DNA from: Armatimonadia bacterium
GTDB taxonomy: Bacteria > Armatimonadota > Zipacnadia > Zipacnadales > UBA11051
NCBI GenBank assembly: GCA_039683575.1
Contig: JBDKRC010000245.1
Span: 20,909-84,908 of the forward strand
Length of the DNA stretch: 64,000 bases
Direction of reading: 5' to 3'
Shown here: positions 36,514 to 46,422 of the stretch, in pieces
Layout of the letters: the number at the start of each line of letters is the position of its first letter
Numbering within the stretch: position 1 is the stretch's first letter
Made by a program: the position numbers and the translations under genes
Notes under the pieces: generated by a model
Databases searched by the model: none
The model's input: only the letters and a program-made list of their open reading frames with translations
What the model was told of the DNA's origin: nothing

Positions 36514-37767
36514 ATGTCCTCAACTGACCTGTTCAATCTCACCTACGACCGCTACAACCGTCACGTCAATCCCGGTATCGCCACTATCGTCAAGTTCATG
36601 GGCTTTGAGACCGTCGAGTGGACTGCCGAGGGCTGCTACGTGTACGGGCCCGAGGGCGAGAAGTATCTCGATTGTCTCGGTGGCCCCGGCGTCTTCACCT
36701 TCGGCCACCGTCACCCGAAGATAGTCGCAGCCGTCAAGCACCAACTCGACGAAATGCCCCTGTCCTCTCACCTCCTCCTGGACCCGGTGCTCGCCGAGGC
36801 AGCCGAAGCAGTGGCGGAGATCACCCCCGGCGACCTCAACTACGTCTTCTTCTGCAACTCCGGCGCTGAAGCCATCGAGGGCGCCCTCAAGATCGCTCGC
36901 ATGCACACCGCCCGACCCCACTTCGTCTGTGCCCAGGGAGCGTTCCATGGCAAGACCTTCGGAGCCCTGAGCGCCTCCGGTCGCGATGTCTACAAGACCC
37001 CGTTTCAGCCTCTGCTCGAGGGCTTCAGCCATGTGCCCTTCGGCGATGCCGAGGCCATTCGGGCCGCGGTAACGGACAAGACGGCGGCTGTCCTCCTTGA
37101 GCCCGTGCAGTGCGAGGCTGGCATCATCGTTCCACCGCCTGGTTACCTGCGCGAGGTCCGTGAGATCTGCGACCAGGCCGGAGCGCTACTCATCCTGGAC
37201 GAGATTCAGACCGGCTTCGGTCGTACCGGTAAGCTCTGGGCCTGCGATCATGACGGCGTCACTCCCGACATGATGACGCTCGGAAAGGCCCTCGGCGGCG
37301 GGGTCATGCCAGTCGGTGCCTTCGTCGCGCGGCCTGAGATCTGGAAGGTGTTCCACGACAACCCCTATATCCATACCTCGACCTTCGGGGGCAATCCCCT
37401 CGCCTGCCGCGCTGCGTTGGCGGCCATCGAGGTCCTCCGTGAACAGAACACGGTGCAGCTCTGCGCTGACCGGGGGGCCGAGCTATTGGCAGGTATCACG
37501 GGCGTCGCCGCCGAATTCCCACAATTGATCCAGGAAGTCCGTGGACAGGGCCTGCTGGTCGGGGCGCAGTTTGCTGACGCCGACATTGGCAACATGGTAA
37601 TCGCGGGACTCGCTCAGCAGCATATTCTGACTGCCTTCTCGCTCAACCGGCCCGAGGTGATACGCTTGGAGCCGCCCGCAGTCATCACCTCCGACGAGAT
37701 AAGCACAGTGGTGGCGGCCTTCCGCCAAGCCGTGGCTGAGTCAGGCCAACTGCTGTCCCTACTCTAA
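36514..37767 (+). CDS. Class-III PLP aminotransferase (putrescine/acetylornithine aminotransferase-like)
   Basis: NSGAEAIEGA, FHGKT, EPVQCEAG, DEIQTGFGRTG, LGKALGGG, STFGGNP. Confidence 0.92.
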   Translation: MSSTDLFNLTYDRYNRHVNPGIATIVKFMGFETVEWTAEGCYVYGPEGEKYLDCLGGPGVFTFGHRHPKIVAAVKHQLDEMPLSSHLLLDPVLAEAAEAVAEITPGDLNYVFFCNSGAEAIEGALKIARMHTARPHFVCAQGAFHGKTFGALSASGRDVYKTPFQPLLEGFSHVPFGDAEAIRAAVTDKTAAVLLEPVQCEAGIIVPPPGYLREVREICDQAGALLILDEIQTGFGRTGKLWACDHDGVTPDMMTLGKALGGGVMPVGAFVARPEIWKVFHDNPYIHTSTFGGNPLACRAALAAIEVLREQNTVQLCADRGAELLAGITGVAAEFPQLIQEVRGQGLLVGAQFADADIGNMVIAGLAQQHILTAFSLNRPEVIRLEPPAVITSDEISTVVAAFRQAVAESGQLLSLL

Positions 37768-37788
37768 GCTCTTTCGCGAAGAAACAGC

Positions 37789-38850
37789 ATGACACGACGT
37801 CTGTACACAATCGCCGTTCTGCTTCTCGTCATTGCCGCCCTCACGGGATGCGGACGCAAGTCCCGACCGCCTGCCGCCAGCCAGGCCCCCAGACCGCTTT
37901 CCAGTCGCATTGTCCGGGTCCTGTGCTATCATGATCTCGTGACCAGTGGCGGCGGCTTCTATGACACGCCCGTTGCAGCGTTCCAGGCACAACTTAAGGC
38001 ACTCAGAGCTGGCGGCTTTCAGACCATATCCTGCCAGCAACTCTCGGATTACCTGGCCAACATTCGGGATATCCCGAGCAAATCGGTCATCATCACCTTC
38101 GACGATGGCCGTTCCAGTGTCCTGACCATGGCCAAGCCGCTGCTGGACAAGCACGGGTATACCGCCACACTCTTCCTGATCACCGGCAGCGTTGGAAAGA
38201 AGGGGAACCTGACCTGGGAGCAACTCAAGCAGCTCGCTGCTGCTGGATACGAGATGGGCTCCCACACCGTCTCACACCTCAACCTCACCAAACGCGGTAG
38301 CACCAGCCCTCAGGTACATCAGGACCGCGTGCGGGAGGAACTGGCGAACTCATTCTCAACTCTGCAGGCCAAGCTCGGCAGGCCGCCTGTCGCCCTGGCC
38401 TATCCGTTCGGAAACTACGACACCTTCACCATGCGCGCGGCCAAGGATGCCGGCTACCAACTGGCCTTCAGTATCGATCCGGGCGCCGTTGACAATCAGA
38501 GCGACGTCTGGCGCCTGCCGCGCCGGATGGTCGTCAAGGGCCTCTTGCCCGATACCTTTGAGCGTGCCCTCGCTACGGAGCCTTTGCACCTGACGGAGGT
38601 AGAGCCCGCCGTGGGCCTGCATGTTGGTGCAAAGACTGTAAAGCTCAGTGCAGCACTGCGGGATGAGACCGCCATGACGGGTCTGCAGGCGGAAGTCGGC
38701 GCCCGCTCGAAGCTGCAGCTTGACCAGAATGCCGGGCGGTTCACCATAACCGCCACCTTGCGGCCCGGCGCCAACCTCGTGCGCCTCTGGTCACCGGGGC
38801 CTCCCTGGCGTGAGACCGGCTGGATAATCGTCTCAGACCCGACCCAGTAA
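37789..38850 (+). CDS. Polysaccharide deacetylase (CE4) lipoprotein
   Basis: LTGC lipobox; LCYH, ITFDDG, GSHTVSH, AYPFG. Confidence 0.9.
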   Translation: MTRRLYTIAVLLLVIAALTGCGRKSRPPAASQAPRPLSSRIVRVLCYHDLVTSGGGFYDTPVAAFQAQLKALRAGGFQTISCQQLSDYLANIRDIPSKSVIITFDDGRSSVLTMAKPLLDKHGYTATLFLITGSVGKKGNLTWEQLKQLAAAGYEMGSHTVSHLNLTKRGSTSPQVHQDRVREELANSFSTLQAKLGRPPVALAYPFGNYDTFTMRAAKDAGYQLAFSIDPGAVDNQSDVWRLPRRMVVKGLLPDTFERALATEPLHLTEVEPAVGLHVGAKTVKLSAALRDETAMTGLQAEVGARSKLQLDQNAGRFTITATLRPGANLVRLWSPGPPWRETGWIIVSDPTQ

Positions 38851-38898
38851 CGAGACGCAAATCCTGCGCACGGGGCTACTTGCCCACACACTGCACTC

Positions 38899-41037
38899 AT
38901 GGCACACGATCCCCCACCACTCATCTCACGGGAAGCCCCCCGCAGCCGCCGGCGCCGCCGTCGGTCGCAGCAACAGTCCAGCTGTTGCTGCTGCTCCATT
39001 GTTGCTTTCTCGCTCCTCGCAGTCCTGATCGCCTGGCGGGGGCCCATCTTCTCCGTTTTCCACCGCTCACGGACGCAGGACAATGTCGCCGCCGCTTCAT
39101 TCCCGCTCGAACTGCAGACGGACGCGCCGCAGTATCTGCGCTACAACCTGGTCCACCTCGTTGCCAAAGTCGTAGACCCACAGGGTCGCCCCACGACCAT
39201 TGCGGCCCCTCCAGAAGTGGTCGTCCGGCTAGATGGGGAGATTGTCACCACCGTCGGCAATATCGAGCGCCTGAAGCTGCGTTTCGACCGCGCCACCCAA
39301 ACCTATCACGCCTATTGGCCAGTGCCCTGGAATGCGAAGCCCGGCAATTACACCGCCGAGGCTTCCATCGCCATCGCTGACGCCAACCCCTGGGTATGGG
39401 AGACCCCCGATCAGCGCAAGAAACGCGAGGAAGAGGAGAGACGGGAGCGGCGCCGCGGCCGGAAGATTGAGGAGGAAAAGCTCGCAGGTAAGACGACCTG
39501 TACCGCTCGCGCCCGCTTCACCGTCAACGCCCGCCCGCGGGCTGCGATTCCTCCAGGCACCTGCATCGCCACCTGGGAGCCGAACTTCAAGCCCGATGGG
39601 ATCCCTCGGCCTGATGGCCGCCTTGGGGATTGGCGCGCCATGTTTGACTGGTGCGAGTACATTGGTGCGGACACCTTCTGGATGCGTGGCGCGGTCACCG
39701 AGGTCCCGCGTGGGCTGAGCCTCACCGACGAGATGCCCTTCAATCCGTACCCCATCCAGCCCTTGGCACAGGTCGCCGCCGAGGCCCACCATCGCGGTCT
39801 CCGTTTTGGGACCTGGGCCGCCGCGTACGCCACATACCCACTGACCAACGAACGTAAGCCGAAGTACCGCTGGGCTCAGGACATCTCCCGTGGCACGGGC
39901 GCCACCAAAGATCTCGACTTCGTCTCGCTGCTAGAGCCCAAGCGCATCAGCGACATTGCAGGTTTCTTTAGCCAGATGCAGGCGCTCCCCAACGTAGACT
40001 ACCTCGGCCTCGATTACATGCGCAGCGACCGCGGCGGCTACGAGATGGTGGACCAGTTCACGAATGAGATGCCTCTGAAGCTACCCGAGGGTTTCCAGGG
40101 CTGGAGCCAGCGCAAGCGTTGGAGCTACGTAGCGCAAAAAGTGGAGAGCGACTGGCAGAAGGACCCTTACTTCTACGATAGTTGGAACTGGTGGCGCGCC
40201 CATCGCGGTGCAGAGAACCTGCAGAGCATCATCAACACAGGGCAGATCAAAAAGCCGATCTGGATCTTTGTCCTCAGTTGGTGGCATGGCAAGCAACACG
40301 GCCAGGATCCCATCATGTTCAATGATGGCGGCGCCAGCCTGCTCGCGCCCATGCTATACCAGGTCCCCAACCGCGCCCATTTTGACTCGATGGTCGAAGA
40401 CTGGAACGAATACGTGAACGCCGGTCAGGTCAACCTGGCCCCGGGAGATCAGGTAGACTTCAAGTGGCACCAGCGTACGCTGCAGCCGGCCGCCCCTGAG
40501 GAACTCTATGACCGCATGGTCACAGCTCACCGCAAGTACGAGCGAGGGGGCTTGACTGTCGGCTCCTTCTGGCACGACATCAGTCGCGCCGCCGAGTGGG
40601 GCAACCGCGGACCCTATCCCGGCAGTGAATGGGCCTTGGCCGGCGGGGCGGCTTTCAGCACCGTCCGCACCGATTGGCAGGTCTACCCGCTAACGGCCAC
40701 CCTCGACGGCCCCACAAACGCCGCTATCGGTGGCACGGCGCAACTGAACCTGACGCTAAACAACATCGCGCAGCGTGCAGTCAAGCGCATCGAGGTTACC
40801 ATTGAGAAGACCAGCGGTATCGAACCCGTCGGCGGCACCCGCTTCACCCGCTCAGTCGGCGCCGGTGAGACGCTCACCATCCCGATCACGGTCCGGCTCA
40901 AGGGCCGCAATCCCGCCCGCGCCAACCGCTTCATGGTAGCGGCCCGCGCCACCTGGCCCGATGAAGACTATGGGAAGAAAGTCCGCCGCGATTTGCCTCG
41001 CGTCCTTATCACGATGAAATACGTCCAGGGCCGCTGA
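38899..41037 (+). CDS. Membrane-anchored hypothetical protein with glycoside-hydrolase-like barrel and C-terminal Ig/NEW3-like domain
   Basis: Arg-rich N-terminus, CCCC, one TM helix; VDYLGLDYMR and APMLY recall GHL10-like barrels; Trp-rich. Confidence 0.6.
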   Translation: MAHDPPPLISREAPRSRRRRRRSQQQSSCCCCSIVAFSLLAVLIAWRGPIFSVFHRSRTQDNVAAASFPLELQTDAPQYLRYNLVHLVAKVVDPQGRPTTIAAPPEVVVRLDGEIVTTVGNIERLKLRFDRATQTYHAYWPVPWNAKPGNYTAEASIAIADANPWVWETPDQRKKREEEERRERRRGRKIEEEKLAGKTTCTARARFTVNARPRAAIPPGTCIATWEPNFKPDGIPRPDGRLGDWRAMFDWCEYIGADTFWMRGAVTEVPRGLSLTDEMPFNPYPIQPLAQVAAEAHHRGLRFGTWAAAYATYPLTNERKPKYRWAQDISRGTGATKDLDFVSLLEPKRISDIAGFFSQMQALPNVDYLGLDYMRSDRGGYEMVDQFTNEMPLKLPEGFQGWSQRKRWSYVAQKVESDWQKDPYFYDSWNWWRAHRGAENLQSIINTGQIKKPIWIFVLSWWHGKQHGQDPIMFNDGGASLLAPMLYQVPNRAHFDSMVEDWNEYVNAGQVNLAPGDQVDFKWHQRTLQPAAPEELYDRMVTAHRKYERGGLTVGSFWHDISRAAEWGNRGPYPGSEWALAGGAAFSTVRTDWQVYPLTATLDGPTNAAIGGTAQLNLTLNNIAQRAVKRIEVTIEKTSGIEPVGGTRFTRSVGAGETLTIPITVRLKGRNPARANRFMVAARATWPDEDYGKKVRRDLPRVLITMKYVQGR

Positions 41038-41053
41038 CACCTTCCGCAGCAAT

Positions 41054-41097
41054 GGTAGGAGCGCTCCCCGTGCGGCTGACGCAGTCGCCGCGCGATC
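41054..41097 (+). repeat. GTAG-type REP-like element
   Basis: GGTAGGAGCGCTCCCC...GCGCGA; first 16 nt identical to 50412-50427. Confidence 0.6.
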
Positions 41098-41122
41098 TTC
41101 CGGTTCCTAATCTGGAGACATC

Positions 41123-41932
41123 ATGAGACTGTCCATACTCTCCGACGAAATCTCCGTAGACCCCGTAGCCGCCTGCGAGTTGGCTGCAGACTGGGGCCTC
41201 AAATACCTCGAATTCCGCCTCTGGATGCAGTTCCGCGGACCCAACGGCATGAGCGACCAGGACATGCAACGCACCCGCAAAGCTGCCGATGACTATGGTA
41301 TCAGCTTCCCGTCGATCTCCCCCGGCCTCTTCAAGCTCAAGCTTGACGATCCCGCCTACGCCGATCACTGCGGCGCCTTCCAGGACCGCTGCTATGACCT
41401 CGCCGAGGCTCTCGGCGCCAAGATCGTCGTGCTCTTCCCTCCGCTATGCGTCAGCTACGACGAGTGGTATGACTGGCCGGTCCGGGTCGTGGATGACATC
41501 CGTGCCGCTGCCGAACGCGCCGCCGCTCGTGGGCTCACCCTGGCCCTCGAAAATGAGCCCGCCTGCTATGCTGGCAGTGGTCAGGCTCTGGCGAAGCTCG
41601 TCGCCGAGATCAACCATCCGAACCTGCGCGCCAACTGGGATCCCGGCAACCACACCAACGCGACCGGCGAAGACTTCCGCGCCGGATATGAGGCGCTCCG
41701 TCCCTACCACCTTCACACCCACCTTAAGGACTACCGCTCTGGCGAGCGCATGGCCGTTCCTCCGGGAGAGGGCGATGTAGACTGGCCGGGTCAACTCCAG
41801 GCCCTCAAAGCCGATGCCTACGACGGCCTCCTCGTTCTTGAAACCCACTTCGTCCCCAAGATCGCGGGCAGCAAGCGTTGTGTTGACGCCGTGCGCCGGA
41901 TGCTGGCGGATCTCGGCGAGGAGGCGGAGTAG
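41123..41932 (+). CDS. Sugar phosphate isomerase/epimerase
   Basis: LALENEP, WDPGN, HTHLKD, LETH. Confidence 0.9.
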   Translation: MRLSILSDEISVDPVAACELAADWGLKYLEFRLWMQFRGPNGMSDQDMQRTRKAADDYGISFPSISPGLFKLKLDDPAYADHCGAFQDRCYDLAEALGAKIVVLFPPLCVSYDEWYDWPVRVVDDIRAAAERAAARGLTLALENEPACYAGSGQALAKLVAEINHPNLRANWDPGNHTNATGEDFRAGYEALRPYHLHTHLKDYRSGERMAVPPGEGDVDWPGQLQALKADAYDGLLVLETHFVPKIAGSKRCVDAVRRMLADLGEEAE

Positions 41933-42706
41933 TTGCCCGACCAGTCCAGCCCCACCCGCCCCGGCCACGGAGAATTCGACGGCGTCGCCGCCCACTATGA
42001 CCACCTCATGCGCCTCGTTCCCTATCGGGGCTGGGTGGACTATATCGAGAGCATCCTGCAGCGCTGGAAAGTCTCTCCCCATCGTGTGCTTGACCTCGCC
42101 TGCGGCACCGGACGCATCGGCAGCGAGATGAGGCGCCGCGGCTACGACGCCTTAGGTGCGGATCTCTCGGAGCCGATGGTGCGCGAATGTCGCAGGCAGG
42201 ACCCGCCCCTTCCCGGCATAGTCTCCGACGCCCGTGCCCTGGCCTTCGCGGACGGCAGCTTCGACCTCATAGTCTGCCTCTACGACAGCCTCAACTACAT
42301 CCTTGAACTCGAAGGATTGGCCTCTGCCATTGCCGAAGCATACAGAATCCTGCGCCCCGGTGGTCTCTTCATCTTCGATCTCAACACCACCCGCGCGCTC
42401 TCCACTGACATGTTCAGTCAAAGCGACTTGAGCGGGCGCGACCCACTCCGCTATGACTGGCACGCCCACTGGGACTGCAAGTCCAAAATCTGCCGCGTCG
42501 AGATGTGGTTCGGCTACCAGGATGAGACTGGTGAGCATGAGTTCCTCGAAACGCATTACCAGCGCGCCTACACCTTCCAGGAAGTCACCGGCTCGCTCAA
42601 AAAAGTCGGCTTCCGTCGCTACAAAACCTACGACGCCTACCGCTTCAGCCCCCTGACGCCCTGGAGCGACCGCGCCTTCTACGTCGCCCAAAGGAGTGAC
42701 TCCTGA
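41933..42706 (+). CDS. Class I SAM-dependent methyltransferase
   Basis: VLDLACGTG, ADLS, DSLNY, LRPGGLFIFD. Confidence 0.9.
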   Translation: MPDQSSPTRPGHGEFDGVAAHYDHLMRLVPYRGWVDYIESILQRWKVSPHRVLDLACGTGRIGSEMRRRGYDALGADLSEPMVRECRRQDPPLPGIVSDARALAFADGSFDLIVCLYDSLNYILELEGLASAIAEAYRILRPGGLFIFDLNTTRALSTDMFSQSDLSGRDPLRYDWHAHWDCKSKICRVEMWFGYQDETGEHEFLETHYQRAYTFQEVTGSLKKVGFRRYKTYDAYRFSPLTPWSDRAFYVAQRSDS

Positions 42707-43116
42707 TGAAACGCCTCGCCCCCCTGATGATCCTCATCCTCGCCTTGTCCCTTCTCGCTGGCTGTGGCGGTGGCAAACCCAAATCCGCCCGTGCTGTAGC
42801 TGACTCCTACCTGTCCTATATGAAAAGCGGCAAGTACCTCGAGGCCGCCAAGCTCTGGGACTACGAAACCGACGCGCGCAAGCAAAACGAGGACTGGGAC
42901 AGCATAGTCGAGAGTCAGCGCACGCTCATCATCGACAAGCTTGCCGAGGAAAAAGCCGCGAGCCTGAAGATGTGGGAAGGTTACTTCCCGCCCGCAACCA
43001 AGATCACCGAGTTCAACGAAACCGGCGACTCTGCCCATGCCGCCCTCGACGGCGGCCGCGTGTCCGGTCTTGACCTCAAGCTTGTCAGCGAAGAGTGGCG
43101 CATTACCGGAATGTAA
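42706..43116 (+). CDS. Hypothetical lipoprotein
   Basis: LAGC lipobox; start overlaps the upstream stop. Confidence 0.75.
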   Translation: MKRLAPLMILILALSLLAGCGGGKPKSARAVADSYLSYMKSGKYLEAAKLWDYETDARKQNEDWDSIVESQRTLIIDKLAEEKAASLKMWEGYFPPATKITEFNETGDSAHAALDGGRVSGLDLKLVSEEWRITGM

Positions 43117-43128
43117 GGCGGGTGGCGG

Positions 43129-44478
43129 ATGCCAACCAGGCTAGACGCTGTGCTTGATTTGGTTCAATCTCAGCGGGGGGATTTCCTCAGCCGCACCAGC
43201 CCGGTACTTCTCGCTCGTGCTCCGGCTCGGCTGGACGTCATGGGCGGCATAGCTGACTATTCCGGCTCCCTCGTCCTTGAGGGCACCCTCTCCCGCGCCG
43301 CCCACGTCGCCGTCCAGCGCCGACGCGACAATCGCCTGCGTGCCATGACCGTTGGCGTGGCTGATCTACAGCAAGTCGTCGAATTCTCCCTCGAAGACTT
43401 CCGTACCGGCAACCGCCTCAAGTCATACCCCCAAATCCAGCACCTCTTCAGCACTCCCCAGACGCGCTGGGCCGGCTACGTTCTCGGTGGCCTGCATGTC
43501 CTGCAGCAACAAAAGATAGTGTCCGGTCTTCCGCACGGCCTCAACCTCCTGCTCTCCAGCGATATCGCCATGGGCGCCGGCGTCGCCTCCTCCGCCGCCA
43601 TCGAAGTCGCTGCCATGCGCGCCATCTGCGCCCTGTATGGCCTCGAACTCGACGGCCTCACGCTGGCCAGGCTCTGCCAGATGGTCGAGAACCGCATCGT
43701 CGGCGCTCCCTGCGGCATCATGGATCAGGTGACCTCGGCAGTCGGCCAGCCCCGCGAACTCCTCGCCCTTCTCTGTCGCCCCTGTGAGATCATCGGACAC
43801 TGCGCCGTTCCTCGTGGCTACCGCTTCATCGGCATCAACTCGGGCGTCAAGCACTCCGTCGGCGGCCTCGCCTATGGCCGCGTCCGTGCCGCCGCCTTCA
43901 TGGGCCTCAAAATCATCGCCGCCGCCGGTGCCGCCACCTCCGGCCATTGGTGCAATGTCTCGCCCTCAGACTTCGCTGCTGAATACGAAGCGCTGCTACC
44001 TGATGAGATGTCCGGCGCCGACTTTCTCCAGCGTTACCAAAAGACCGGCGACACCGTCACCAGCGTCCTTCCCGACCTTTCCTACCCAGTGCGACAGGCC
44101 TCCCGCCATCCGGTATACGAAAACGCCCGCGTGCATCGCTTCGCAGAGCTGCTCACCTGCGGCGATGAAGCCGCCATGATACAAGCCGGGAATCTGATGG
44201 TGCAGTCCCACGAAAGCTACAGCGCCTGCGGCCTCGGAGCCCCGGAGACCGACCTCCTGGTGCGTCTCGTACAGGAATGCGGCCCCTCTGCCGGCCTCTA
44301 CGGAGCCAAGATCACCGGCGGCGGCTCCGGCGGCACCGTTGCCATTCTGGCCGCTCAGGGGACCGCCGCCGTCATCCGCGGCATCACTGCCGAATACCGC
44401 CGCCAAACCGGCCTCAAACCAACCGTCCTCACCGGTTCAGCCGAGGGCGCAATGCACTGGGGCATCAAGTCCCTCTAA
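43129..44478 (+). CDS. GHMP kinase (galactokinase/L-arabinokinase-like)
   Basis: APARLDVMGGIADYSGS, GAGVASSAA, PCGIMDQ, GAKITGGGSGG. Confidence 0.9.
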   Translation: MPTRLDAVLDLVQSQRGDFLSRTSPVLLARAPARLDVMGGIADYSGSLVLEGTLSRAAHVAVQRRRDNRLRAMTVGVADLQQVVEFSLEDFRTGNRLKSYPQIQHLFSTPQTRWAGYVLGGLHVLQQQKIVSGLPHGLNLLLSSDIAMGAGVASSAAIEVAAMRAICALYGLELDGLTLARLCQMVENRIVGAPCGIMDQVTSAVGQPRELLALLCRPCEIIGHCAVPRGYRFIGINSGVKHSVGGLAYGRVRAAAFMGLKIIAAAGAATSGHWCNVSPSDFAAEYEALLPDEMSGADFLQRYQKTGDTVTSVLPDLSYPVRQASRHPVYENARVHRFAELLTCGDEAAMIQAGNLMVQSHESYSACGLGAPETDLLVRLVQECGPSAGLYGAKITGGGSGGTVAILAAQGTAAVIRGITAEYRRQTGLKPTVLTGSAEGAMHWGIKSL

Positions 44479-44502
44479 TCCTCCCGTGTCTGAGGTCCAT
44501 CC

Positions 44503-46296
44503 GTGTTCACCCTCCGCGCCGCCGCCGCTGCTGTCAGGCTCACAGATGACAACATGGAGCAGCTTCGCAGCAAAGAAGCTGTCTTCACCCGCCCTTACGA
44601 AGGTGAATTCCGCGCTGCCGCCCTGGTCATCGAAGGCGACCAGCGCGTTGCGCTCGTATCTGTGGATGCTCTCCTGGTGCCCGGCCACATCGTGCGCGCC
44701 GCCGTGGACCGCCTCGCCGCCGCCGAGCGCCTTCCTGCCGGGAATGTCATCGTCTGCGGCACCCATACCCATCACGCCCCCTCGACCCTCGACTACCTCG
44801 GCTGCACCTCCAACAAGGAGTACCTCCGCCGCATTGAGGAGGGCATCGTCCTGGCCGTAACAAAGGCCGTCTTGGCCCTCGAGGACCCGCAGGCCGGCCC
44901 CAATGCCACCCAGGTGGAACTACTCCTCGGTCTCGCCCAGGAAGCTACAATCGGTCGCAACAGCCGCCTTCTGCTCCGCGACGGCATGATCGGCTGGTGG
45001 GGCTACATCGAAGAGGACGCCCTCCATCCCACGGGCCCCTACGATCCCGATCTCTACGTCCTGGCCCTCCGTCGCAGCGACGGCTCCCTCGCCGGGCTCG
45101 CCTTCAACCATTCCGTCCACAACATCGGCGCCCTCGCCCCCGACGTCTTCTCACCCGCCTTCTACGGCCACGCTGCCCAGGAACTCGAACGTCGCTGCGG
45201 GGCCATCACCGCCTTCTTGCCGGGAGCCTTTGGCTCGACCCACAACATCACCTACAGCGGCAGCGGCATTTCTCCTGCCGAGTGCGCCCACCGCGTCACC
45301 GAAGCCGCCCAGGAAGCGCTCCGCGATGCCAGGCCCATTCTTATGGGGCCCGTCCGCGTGCTGCGCAAGCGCTTCAACTACCGCCTTCGAGAGTTCGACG
45401 AGGCCCGCGAGGAAGCTGCCGTGAAGGTCTACTCGGAGAAGTACTTCCCACAAGTCGCCGAGGGCCAGCAGCAGGTCTTCCGCCAGCAGCGCCTCGAGAT
45501 GCAGGCCGCCCCCGACCAGGAGCGCTCCACCTGGCTAACCGCCATCCGCCTTGGAGACGTGGCCCTCGTCGGTGTGCCCGGCGAGATGTTCGCTCGCCTC
45601 GGCCTCGATCTTCGTCATCGCTCACCCTTCCGCCACACCCTGATCGTTGGCCTCGCCAACGATGAGCTCGGCTACATCCCCGATCGGCAGGCCATCGAGG
45701 ATGGTGGCTACCAGACTTGGCCCGGCTGGCACAGCCCCTTCGCCATCGGCACCGGCGAGGCCATGGTAGACCAGGCCCTGGAGATGCTGCGGGAGCTGTA
45801 CGACGAGACCCAGCCCGCCGGCGTCGAGCCCTTCATACGCCCGCTTGGGTCCCACGAAGCTCTCCCGCTCCAGACCTTCTACAACTCCCTCAGCCACGAC
45901 GCCCGCCGCCTCTTCCGCCCCCACGGCTGGAATGTCACCTACGACGTCTGTACCGGTCTCTGCGGCACCACCGGCAAAGGCGAGCGGTTTGACCTGGTCC
46001 TCGATACCGGCCGCCAGATCGTCGGCTGGTGCTTCCTGCATCACCTTGACCTGCCCACCCCCACCCTTGGCATCGGCCTCGCTGATGCTTACTGTGGCCG
46101 CGGCTGGGGCACGCGCCTCATGGACGAAATCATCGCCCACGCCCGCAGCCTCAACAAGGAAGCCATCGAGTTGACCGTCGTGCACGACAACGACCGTGCC
46201 CGCGCCCTCTACGAGCGTTGCGGCTTCGTCAAAACCGGAAACCGGAAGGGTTCCGACGGCCTCGACTATCTGCAGATGCGACTGCGTCTGACATAG
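44503..46296 (+). CDS. Neutral ceramidase-like hydrolase fused to a GNAT acetyltransferase
   Basis: THTHHAP, VPGEMF, GYIP in the N-terminal part; CGRGWG..LM, LTV...N.RA..LY..CGF in the C-terminal part. Confidence 0.75.
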   Translation: MFTLRAAAAAVRLTDDNMEQLRSKEAVFTRPYEGEFRAAALVIEGDQRVALVSVDALLVPGHIVRAAVDRLAAAERLPAGNVIVCGTHTHHAPSTLDYLGCTSNKEYLRRIEEGIVLAVTKAVLALEDPQAGPNATQVELLLGLAQEATIGRNSRLLLRDGMIGWWGYIEEDALHPTGPYDPDLYVLALRRSDGSLAGLAFNHSVHNIGALAPDVFSPAFYGHAAQELERRCGAITAFLPGAFGSTHNITYSGSGISPAECAHRVTEAAQEALRDARPILMGPVRVLRKRFNYRLREFDEAREEAAVKVYSEKYFPQVAEGQQQVFRQQRLEMQAAPDQERSTWLTAIRLGDVALVGVPGEMFARLGLDLRHRSPFRHTLIVGLANDELGYIPDRQAIEDGGYQTWPGWHSPFAIGTGEAMVDQALEMLRELYDETQPAGVEPFIRPLGSHEALPLQTFYNSLSHDARRLFRPHGWNVTYDVCTGLCGTTGKGERFDLVLDTGRQIVGWCFLHHLDLPTPTLGIGLADAYCGRGWGTRLMDEIIAHARSLNKEAIELTVVHDNDRARALYERCGFVKTGNRKGSDGLDYLQMRLRLT

Positions 46297-46422
46297 TTCT
46301 TGCCGACAGTTCGACGTTTGCATATGATGAGGGGTGGTTATAACAGGTAGCGGACTTACGGAAGCAAAGACAGTGGCGGCGGTGAGGTCGGACCACCTCT
46401 TCTTCACCTGCCGGAGGCGCCA

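Noticed and set aside
46330-46420. c-di-GMP-I riboswitch-like words (AGGTAGCGG, GCAAAG) before the cyclase
   Set aside because: Elements are in the wrong order and the GNRA-capped P2 stem is missing
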